A stretch of 46,136 bases of DNA from positions 1 through 46,136 of IMG/VR virus record IMGVR_UViG_3300009566_000070; one strand, written 5' to 3'. The notes beneath the pieces were generated by a model. The model had not been told where the DNA came from. It made no database searches and worked only from the letters and a program-made list of their open reading frames with translations. Origin of the DNA: a virus (taxonomy: Duplodnaviria > Caudoviricetes). The translations under genes were made by a program, and so were the position numbers. Positions 37,231 through 44,062 of the stretch are shown here, in pieces. Position 1 is the first letter of the stretch, and the number at the start of each line of letters is the position of its first letter.

Positions 37231-38194
37231 TATTTAATTCAGCTTCCTCTCTGATTTCGTCGTCAGTGTCAGTATCCACTTCCGGATCCGTATCATTCTG
37301 ACCGGCCGGCTGCGGGACTTCGAAGTCCCTGGCCGCGGAATAACGATTGAGCCATGCCGAAAATTCGTTTAAATCAAACTCGATCACGTCCGGCGTCTTT
37401 TCCCGCATGAACCCGATCACTGCTTTGACGGCTTCGGATATCAGCCCGACCTGTTCGGGAAACTTTTCCCTGGCCCAGGCCAGCATCTGATCTTCAAGTC
37501 CGGCAATGATGACGTTGATCCTCGCTCCGGCCTTTGTCCTGCAGGACGACTCCCCGTCCATTTTAAAAACTGACAGACGGTAGGAAAGTTCGCGGACCAG
37601 CGATTCCTTGAGGACGTATTTTCCCTTCAGGATGTTGAGCTTGCATTCTTCATGATCGGCCAGGGCGATGATACGGCGAATCTCCGCGCTGTTGCGTTCC
37701 GAATTGACTTTCTCCCGGTCGCTCTTTTTGCTACCGTCTTTTTTCCGGATATTGGCCTGAAGAATATATTTGTCGATGATGTCCTGCGTGTAGATGCCTT
37801 CGTCATTCGGCCGGAGCAATCCCCGATCGGCATGGTTATAGGCCGACTTCGCCAGCTTGTACCCCATTTCGTTGACGCGACGGATGACGTCCTGGATAGT
37901 TTTTAGGACGGGTTCGCTTGCGGCCGGCGCCGAAGGAAAATATTTATTCCAGAGTTCAGCGCTGTATTTTTCGTATGAGTTCCGGGTGAGTTCCCAGTCT
38001 TTTGTGTTCCCGGTCCCCGAGTTCATGTTATTGACGGCTTTGACGACGGCATTGTAGAGGACCTTCAGGGTGGTCTGTTCCTGCTTGTTCGAGACAGTGA
38101 TCAGTTTGTCGAATCTTGCCTGGTCCAACGTGTAATCCCCGTAAGATATATTGATCGGCTTTTCCGCCGCGTGATTGTCTTTTTTCTTTCCCAT
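37223..38194 (-). CDS. Probable terminase small subunit (Nu1-like)
   Basis: Winged-HTH-like segment then coiled coil ending KLNILKGKYV.K..L..EL; acidic tail; lies downstream of the cos-like site. Confidence 0.55.
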   Translation of the reverse strand: MGKKKDNHAAEKPINISYGDYTLDQARFDKLITVSNKQEQTTLKVLYNAVVKAVNNMNSGTGNTKDWELTRNSYEKYSAELWNKYFPSAPAASEPVLKTIQDVIRRVNEMGYKLAKSAYNHADRGLLRPNDEGIYTQDIIDKYILQANIRKKDGSKKSDREKVNSERNSAEIRRIIALADHEECKLNILKGKYVLKESLVRELSYRLSVFKMDGESSCRTKAGARINVIIAGLEDQMLAWAREKFPEQVGLISEAVKAVIGFMREKTPDVIEFDLNEFSAWLNRYSAARDFEVPQPAGQNDTDPEVDTDTDDEIREEAELNNG

Positions 38195-38238
38195 TGTCCT
38201 GAGCGTCTTTTTCTGTTATTAAAGCTTCACTCTCTTAC

Positions 38239-38315
38239 GGGCAATTAGCTCAGCTGGATAGAGCGTTGGCCTCCGAAGCCAAAGGTCGTGAGTTCGAATC
38301 TCACATTGCCCACCA
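38239..38315 (+). tRNA. tRNA-Arg(CCG), phage-encoded
   Basis: GGGCAAT/ATTGCCC acceptor stem, TAGCTCAGCTGGATAGAGC D-arm, TTGGC-CT-CCG-AA-GCCAA, GTTCGAATC, ACCA end. Confidence 0.95.
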
Positions 38316-38319
38316 TAAA

Positions 38320-38904
38320 TTATTGCAGATCTGATATAGTTTTTTTCAATCTCTCGATCTGAGCATTCTTTTCGATGATTATCCTGTTCGCTTCCTTCAA
38401 CATGAGTTTTGTCTTCTCATGTTTGGCAACTTCGTCCTCATAAAGGGATTTCCAGTCCACTTTTTCGGAGTGTTCTTTTCGTTTAACGATGGAATGTGCC
38501 CGGATTATTTTTTCAATACGGTCACGCTTTAGTTCTTTGTTTAAATTTGTTTCCGAGTCTCCGATAAGATTAAAGACTTTCTGAGCCTTGATCGGTCCGC
38601 ATTCTCTTCTGATTTTACAAACCAGGCCAATTCCATATTTGATGGTTTCGACCGGAAATTTTACATAGGCCGTCTGCATTTCCATGTACATGTTCGTCCG
38701 AAGATTAAACCGATCGTCGATGTATTGATAAAATGACGAATTTGCGTAACGAGGATTTTCTTTATATCGGCCTGATGTTTTCAAATAGATGAGAACCTTG
38801 ATCATGTGATGTTCGATGCATCGTTTTCCCCTGACAAACTCATCAACAAGATCCTCAATACTGCTGATCGGCATCTGGCTTAATTTATTTTCATCAACTT
38901 CCAT
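38320..38904 (-). CDS. Hypothetical helical/coiled-coil protein directly downstream of the TIGR array
   Basis: AAGGAG SD right after the last array unit; SFYQYIDDRF....MY helical motif and C-terminal coiled coil. Confidence 0.75.
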   Translation of the reverse strand: MEVDENKLSQMPISSIEDLVDEFVRGKRCIEHHMIKVLIYLKTSGRYKENPRYANSSFYQYIDDRFNLRTNMYMEMQTAYVKFPVETIKYGIGLVCKIRRECGPIKAQKVFNLIGDSETNLNKELKRDRIEKIIRAHSIVKRKEHSEKVDWKSLYEDEVAKHEKTKLMLKEANRIIIEKNAQIERLKKTISDLQ

Positions 38905-38926
38905 TTTAAGATCTCCTTAATTTTTT

Positions 38927-39183
38927 TCGCAAATAAAATATGGGTTTCATGGATTTACTCGCTCGCAGTCATTGGCTAGGTTTCACTGTCCCATTCGCTC
39001 GCAATACAGAACTGGATTTAATTTTTGTAATCGCTCGCAAATGCAACTTAGGTTTCACTGGTTCTTTCGCTCGCACGAATTTGTTAGGTTTCAACAACGT
39101 TATCGCTCGCAAGTCTTCTTTAGATTTCATAATTTCCGCCGCTCGCATCGCGCCCTCGGGTTTAAAGCGCTACCTCGCTATCG
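38927..39183 (-). ncRNA. TIGR-type tandem interspaced guide RNA array (7 x 36-nt dual-repeat units)
   Basis: On the - strand, edge repeat TGCGAGCGA and loop repeat TGAAA(C/T)C(T/C)A alternate with unique 9-nt spacers. Edge repeats start (+ coordinates) at 38959, 38995, 39031, 39067, 39103, 39139, with partial copies at 38927 and 39175: an exact 36-nt period. Confidence 0.9.
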
Positions 39184-40016
39184 TTCCAGAAGAACGGTTT
39201 AACAATATTTGTATGCCCCATCAGTGCCCCGGCATAAGGCTCTGATACAGGCTTCCCCTCCAGTGTCCGCGCCACAGTCCAAAAATGGGAAAGAAATAAT
39301 TTAATGGTTTCATTCATCGCCGCGTTATGAATATGCCCCTTTGTCCAGTCCGGATGGTTACGTGCATGTTTTGCTTTGCGCTCGATTAGAAATTTTTTAT
39401 AGGGGTTATCTTCCGTCTGCCGGTTGAGCTGTTCGCCGATCAGATAACCGAGCGTCCGGCCCTCATTGCTCCAATTTGCGGCCATGCCTTTCTTTCTTTT
39501 GGGCATAGTCCCTTCAACGGTATGACGTCCCATGAATGCCCACCACTTTGATATGGTCGGAAAATCGCGCATGAACAATTTATGTTTTAAAAGTCCGTCC
39601 TTGGCCTCTTTTCCGCATTCAACACATTTTAAAACGTTGATTATTTTGCCTTTTGATTCCTTCTCTTTCTTTTCGAGTTCACCGCCACAATCTTTACAGA
39701 CCGGGATGAATTTGTAATTGAACAGAATGATCAGTTTTCCTCCCATCCAAGGACCGATCCCCGGAACATTTTTAAGCCATTGTTCCCAAATGTCCCATTG
39801 AGGAAGTTCCTTTTCGATGGCCCGTAAACATCTTCCCTTCACTGTCAATAATCCTTCCATTTTTCCATCACCCTTGAGCGAAGTATCACATGTGTAATCT
39901 ACTTCGGTTCCAAACAATGCTGCGAGACGTCTTCTAATATCTGAAATTAACTGGGTTATTCCGTCGTACTCCTTTAGTAAAAAATTCAAATGTTGCACAA
40001 TCTCTGTGTTCATCAT
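39162..40016 (-). CDS. tasA: TasA-like Nop-domain RNA-binding protein (IS110 C-terminal-related, no nuclease domain) with Zn-ribbon insertion
   Basis: N-terminal coiled coil, WLKNVPGIGP, F.TISKWWAFMG, KRKKG...NW, Y.......K, H.HN.A.....K.FL..FW...R..EG.PV..PY. No RuvC DEDD or HNH; abuts the array. Confidence 0.82.
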   Translation of the reverse strand: MMNTEIVQHLNFLLKEYDGITQLISDIRRRLAALFGTEVDYTCDTSLKGDGKMEGLLTVKGRCLRAIEKELPQWDIWEQWLKNVPGIGPWMGGKLIILFNYKFIPVCKDCGGELEKKEKESKGKIINVLKCVECGKEAKDGLLKHKLFMRDFPTISKWWAFMGRHTVEGTMPKRKKGMAANWSNEGRTLGYLIGEQLNRQTEDNPYKKFLIERKAKHARNHPDWTKGHIHNAAMNETIKLFLSHFWTVARTLEGKPVSEPYAGALMGHTNIVKPFFWNDSEVAL

Positions 40017-40246
40017 GACTCTTCCTCCTTCTTGCGATTTATTATTTGACTGCTGAATCGATTAATAGAAGATGCGATCGAAATTACTTGTTTTTCGACA
40101 TCTAAAAATGTATTTTTTAGCAACTCATTATAATCGATTTTTTTGTTCTGCTTTTCCTCATATTCCTTGTCTCCCGGCCGGAGATCCTTCCGTGGATTGT
40201 ACGGCGCCAGCTGCAGATCGGATAATTTCATCGTCCGGATGATCAT
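40013..40246 (-). CDS. Truncated ParB-N-like peptide fused to a short helix
   Basis: MKLSDLQLAPYNPRKDLRPGDKEYE is the start of phage ParB-like/methylase proteins, but GxxR and the rest are missing; ATGA overlaps on both sides. Confidence 0.6.
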   Translation of the reverse strand: MIIRTMKLSDLQLAPYNPRKDLRPGDKEYEEKQNKKIDYNELLKNTFLDVEKQVISIASSINRFSSQIINRKKEEES

Positions 40247-40674
40247 GGTTTTATTTTCTCCAGTTCCTTGAATTTGAGTTTCCACAGCCGGATGGACTCA
40301 AAGCTTATCCTCATGATCCGCGCGATCTCTTTGTCCGGAACTTCGAAACTGATCAGCATGGCAAACAGAACGATCTCTTGAAAATTAAAATGGCAACCGG
40401 AAAGAAAAGTCCCGGTTAATGCATTAAACCACTTTCCGCATTTTCCGCATTCAATGCGTCTAACTTCCCAAAAACTCTGAACCAGGTTAGGAGCAATATC
40501 GGATCCACATTCAGGACATTTCGCTCTGTCCGAATGCAGACTTTCAAGAACAAACTGTCGACATTGACGTTCGCCCAAAAAATCAGCATTGATCGCAGAA
40601 AATATATCGGCCGGCGTGAACACCCCGTACGGTTTTAAATTATCATCAATTGCTATCTTTTCGGCGTCTTCCAT
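40243..40674 (-). CDS. Stand-alone IS1595-type zinc ribbon + HTH protein (no DDE domain)
   Basis: CRQFV...CPECG...ECGKCGKWFNALTGTFL.G.H...IARIMRIS..SIRLW. Confidence 0.7.
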   Translation of the reverse strand: MEDAEKIAIDDNLKPYGVFTPADIFSAINADFLGERQCRQFVLESLHSDRAKCPECGSDIAPNLVQSFWEVRRIECGKCGKWFNALTGTFLSGCHFNFQEIVLFAMLISFEVPDKEIARIMRISFESIRLWKLKFKELEKIKP

Positions 40675-40694
40675 TATTCCAGTCCCCCAAAATT

Positions 40695-40757
40695 TGAAAA
40701 CCTCGCGATTATTGCGGTTCTGCGACCCGTATGGCGATTCGACTCCATGAAGGACCC
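40695..40757 (-). other. Lambda-like cos site (cosQ-cosN)
   Basis: - strand GGGTCCT, 23 nt ending TACG, then GGTCGCAGAACCGCA...CGCGAGGTTTT; same spacing as lambda cosQ to cosN as I recall it. Confidence 0.65.
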
Positions 40758-40903
40758 GCTCTGATTTTTATATTTTGGTGTCTGGATTATAGATACTTGT
40801 ATTGAATTTATAAAAGAGGGGAGGGGGGGCGCCGTCGGAATCGCGCACTTCAAAATAATATTCGTCACCCTGATAAACAATAGAATCATAGGAATAAAAT
40901 TTT

Positions 40904-41458
40904 TTAATTGATTAAACTTTGTTTTGAGTTATTGAGTTTATCGATGCGTTTTTCCAATTTTTCGATCTGAACATCAATCGTGCCAATGACTAACGCCGTT
41001 TCGGGATCTACTCCGTAATTCTTTATACCGATTGCCTTGACTAGACTTTCAGCTTCGGCTATTTTTTCGGGAGAAAGTCTTTTAACTGTTTGACGGATAG
41101 GTGTTGCCTTTTTCTTTTTTACTTCTTTCGATACCTTTTTATAGCGAAGAGAACGTCCGTCGACCTTGCATTTAATGCCGAGTCTCTTCATAAGACTGGC
41201 GATGGAGTTTTTCTTATAACCCGTCTCATTGATTATTTCCGGCACTGATTTGCCCTGATCGATAAGTTCTTTGATCTTCGCGACGTCAAGATTTGTTCTC
41301 GGCATAACTTCCCCCTCTATTTTGGTTATTGGTTTTAAATTTGGATTCCAGCGATTCCCGCATGTCCTGCAGCCCAGAAAATCGCCGTCAATATAAACAC
41401 GATTGGAAACGCATTTCGGACAGTAACGATCTATGATTATCTTATCGGTCATCTTCAC
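40904..41458 (-). CDS. Zn-ribbon/HTH DNA-binding protein
   Basis: CPKC...CRTC, then IKELIDQGKSVPEIINETGYKKNSIASLMKRLGI (HTH); a second SD precedes MPRTNL. Confidence 0.6.
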   Translation of the reverse strand: MKMTDKIIIDRYCPKCVSNRVYIDGDFLGCRTCGNRWNPNLKPITKIEGEVMPRTNLDVAKIKELIDQGKSVPEIINETGYKKNSIASLMKRLGIKCKVDGRSLRYKKVSKEVKKKKATPIRQTVKRLSPEKIAEAESLVKAIGIKNYGVDPETALVIGTIDVQIEKLEKRIDKLNNSKQSLIN

Positions 41459-41590
41459 TCCGAATTATTAGAAAACATTCTGTGTCTACCGGCTGTGCTT
41501 CCCGGTGCTGAGTCCGGAAGATGACTATAAAGACATCGATCGTACTCCCGTTATATTTGATCCTGGCCGTTCCGGCCGGGTATGTTCCGA

Positions 41591-41803
41591 TTAATTCCGG
41601 CATCTGTTGATTTCCTTTTCTTTCGTTTCCAGAACGTTTCCGGAGGCGATGTTGTTTATGTGCAGCATGACGCGCATGATCGGCATCCTGGAATCGAAAT
41701 TGACGATTTGATTCAATTCCTCGATGACTTTATCCGTAGCTTCCGGATTTATTTCTTTTGCCCGCTTGATCAGGTTCTGCGCTCTGAATAATGCTTGTTT
41801 CAT
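41591..41803 (-). CDS. Hypothetical protein
   Basis: ATGA overlap with the upstream gene. Confidence 0.5.
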   Translation of the reverse strand: MKQALFRAQNLIKRAKEINPEATDKVIEELNQIVNFDSRMPIMRVMLHINNIASGNVLETKEKEINRCRN

Positions 41804-42258
41804 CGCAGTTCATCCTCCGGACGATTGAGGCGACGCTGAACCTCTTCATGATCCTGCAGACGCTTTTCCGCAATCCAGTCCTTCGCGCTGCCGTATGCTA
41901 AATGAATGATCAGATAAAATACGACTCCCATGGCGAACGGGATGCTAATCATTTCCATAATAATGTTTTGAATTTCGAGAATCGCTTTTTTGACTTGTGG
42001 ATTGTACACGGCCCATAGAAGCACCGAACCGTAAACAAATAAAGACATGAACAATAAGCATTTCAGACCGTGGATGACATCATCAATAAAATTTAACAGA
42101 GAATATTTTTTTCTCGATTCGATCTCAATTTCATGGATAGGCAAGTTAAGTAATTTGACTCTTTTAAAAAAATTCTCATCTTCTATTCGAGACTTGCTTG
42201 GCAGTTGTCCCGTCGCTAAAATTAATTTATGTTTAGGATTAAATTTAATACCTTCCAT
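41800..42258 (-). CDS. Hypothetical membrane protein
   Basis: Two hydrophobic segments; start at MEGIKF behind AAGGGTGA. Confidence 0.5.
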   Translation of the reverse strand: MEGIKFNPKHKLILATGQLPSKSRIEDENFFKRVKLLNLPIHEIEIESRKKYSLLNFIDDVIHGLKCLLFMSLFVYGSVLLWAVYNPQVKKAILEIQNIIMEMISIPFAMGVVFYLIIHLAYGSAKDWIAEKRLQDHEEVQRRLNRPEDELR

Positions 42259-42347
42259 TTTGTCACCCTTTTGAAGGGCGGCGTGATCGGAACACTTATT
42301 AAAAGGTTCGCGCCCCGCTACCACCGATCACACCACCCTTGTTGATT

Positions 42348-42424
42348 TGGTTGCGGGAGCCGGATTCGAACCGGCGAGCTCATGGTTATGGGCCATGTGA
42401 GATCGACCTCTTCTCCACCCCGCG
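42348..42424 (-). tRNA. tRNA-Met(CAT), initiator-like, phage-encoded
   Basis: CGCGGGG...TCCCGCA-ACCA with C1:A72 mismatch; anticodon arm CATGG-CC-CAT-AA-CCATG; GCCGG-TTCGAAT-CCGGC T-arm. Confidence 0.88.
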
Positions 42425-42434
42425 TTAATTTTCA

Positions 42435-42626
42435 TTACGACACCATTTTCCTTCCAGCCATCGCCTTCATCGGTCCTTTATCTCCGCGCAGAAACGCCCG
42501 CGCAGCAATACGGAATGCCGGATCTCCAGGCGTCAAAGGCTTTTCAGCATTACCCATCTGTAGACGCTCTATATTGTCCAGACGGGTTATGATTTCCTGA
42601 AGCATCTTTTCGAATTTATCTTTCAT
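42435..42626 (-). CDS. Hypothetical protein
   Basis: TAATG coupling to the CII-like gene. Confidence 0.5.
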   Translation of the reverse strand: MKDKFEKMLQEIITRLDNIERLQMGNAEKPLTPGDPAFRIAARAFLRGDKGPMKAMAGRKMVS

Positions 42627-43105
42627 TATTTATCCCCGCTTTTTTTGCATGTAGCCATAAGAGATAAAATATCCTGGATCGCTTTCCATCCCTTCGCGTT
42701 AATTTTTTTGCTCTCATTCGTATCGATGCTGTCATCGTTCTTAAGCGACTTTTCTATTTCCTTGATGAGCTCTCCGAATTCCGTCATTGATTTCATTGTC
42801 AATCTGAAAATGTCGGAAGTTGTTTTTTCCGTCGTGTTTGGAATAGTAATTCCAATTCTGCCTACTTGATGTTCGAGAACATCAAGTATTAAATAAACTT
42901 CGGATGATTTAATTAATGGAGGGATTCTTTTTGCCCAGAGATTAGAGGTTGGATATTCCAAGCCGATCTGCGTGAGATTATTTTCTTTCATTTCAAGATC
43001 AGCAGCGATCGATTTGAGTGGTTTTTTCCCGTGATGAATTGTTTCGTAGATGGCTTCCTGTAATGTCATGTCCGGATGAAATTTTTTTAATATGTCTTTA
43101 CTCAT
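42626..43105 (-). CDS. Phage regulatory protein, CII-like
   Basis: LKSIAADL HTH, ILD.L...G, EFGEL..EI...L..D..I...E...I; second gene of the lytic operon; GGAGG SD. Confidence 0.75.
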   Translation of the reverse strand: MSKDILKKFHPDMTLQEAIYETIHHGKKPLKSIAADLEMKENNLTQIGLEYPTSNLWAKRIPPLIKSSEVYLILDVLEHQVGRIGITIPNTTEKTTSDIFRLTMKSMTEFGELIKEIEKSLKNDDSIDTNESKKINAKGWKAIQDILSLMATCKKSGDK

Positions 43106-43125
43106 TAAGATATTCCTCCGAATTA

Positions 43126-43437
43126 TTAATTTACATCCTGAAAAATTTCTTTTACATTGGCATCATGAATAACTTGATGCTGACAATCGATAATCGGAAC
43201 TATGCAGTAAAGATCGGGCCAGAAATCAGCGAGTGTCTCTCCAAAGCAGGATGCGATTTTGCAATGAAGTTTATAATTAAAATTTTCTGCTTTAATAGCC
43301 GCGGCAACAGATTGGCGGGATTCGTGAATAAAACCGGAAAATGCTTTTATGGATTCAAATCCGGCCTTGGATAGTTTTTTTTGTCTATTGATTGTGTATT
43401 CCGAATCTGCTATTATTTGTCGCATTTTTAGCACCAT
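43126..43437 (-). CDS. Cro-like HTH regulator
   Basis: Divergent from the repressor; HTH with SRQSV..AI and IA..FG......WP. Confidence 0.7.
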   Translation of the reverse strand: MVLKMRQIIADSEYTINRQKKLSKAGFESIKAFSGFIHESRQSVAAAIKAENFNYKLHCKIASCFGETLADFWPDLYCIVPIIDCQHQVIHDANVKEIFQDVN

Positions 43438-43511
43438 TGTAATTGAATTTATTTTTAAGGTAGATATTAACTACACCGAATTTAGCATGATGTCAAGAAA
43501 ATATTAAACAT

Positions 43512-44030
43512 ATGACAAATAATTTTGACATAAAGATATTGCATAATAATTTCAATATATTACGTAAGAAGAAACATCTTTCAAAAGGCGAATTTAATAA
43601 ATTAATCGGAATATCGAACGTATTCAGAACAAACTATTTTAGCATAGGTGCAAAATTATTAAAAGGAATACAAGATCATTTTCCGGGAATTGATGAGGAA
43701 TGGTTATTGACTTCGCACGATGTCAATTATGAATTTCCAGAAGTTTCAACTAATAATATAAAAGTATGTGAAGAAATAAATAATTATGACATTCGCGCCG
43801 GCACAGATTTGTCGCCCAGCGAACTGGGCGACCTCATGAAACTGACATCGGAAGTATTATTATCAAACACAAAATATGGGAAAGCCCTGAAGGAAAATAT
43901 AGAAGCATTTCATATGGCAGTTAACAACCATAAACCTGATCCAGAAATTGTAAACTCAAAAAAAACAAACGATCCGCAGAGCATGGCTGGCGGATCGCAA
44001 GCAGCAATCAAAAAAGCTGTGCAGAAATAG
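43512..44030 (+). CDS. CI-like XRE HTH repressor (no S24 peptidase domain visible)
   Basis: LRKKKHLSKGEF.KLIGIS...L..I...FPGIDEEWLLT; divergent from cro/cII. Confidence 0.75.
   Translation: MTNNFDIKILHNNFNILRKKKHLSKGEFNKLIGISNVFRTNYFSIGAKLLKGIQDHFPGIDEEWLLTSHDVNYEFPEVSTNNIKVCEEINNYDIRAGTDLSPSELGDLMKLTSEVLLSNTKYGKALKENIEAFHMAVNNHKPDPEIVNSKKTNDPQSMAGGSQAAIKKAVQK
43958..43997 (+). promoter_or_regulatory. Predicted -1 ribosomal frameshift signal
   Basis: A_AAA_AAA (43958-43964) in the repressor frame, 5-6 nt spacer, hairpin CGATCCGC/GCGGATCG (43970-43997). Confidence 0.55.
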
Positions 44031-44062
44031 TTTCATTTCCCACTAACAATATTTATATAATT

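Noticed and set aside
38737-38752. Partial match to TIGR unit 3 (CGAATTTG..TAACG)
   Set aside because: Short, gapped match; not distinguishable from background.
38927-39183. CRISPR array or coding tandem repeat
   Set aside because: Repeats are only 9 nt and of two alternating kinds with 9-nt spacers, and no cas genes are present. The + strand ORFs 38940-39245 and 38972-39202 are by-products of the 36-nt period, with no SD and antisense to the operon.
39162-40016. Active IS110 insertion sequence
   Set aside because: No N-terminal DEDD RuvC-like domain or catalytic serine motif; the gene is translationally coupled in a phage operon and followed by a guide array.
40243-40674. IS1595-family transposon
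   Set aside because: Only the Zn-ribbon and HTH are present; no DDE domain or terminal inverted repeats were seen.
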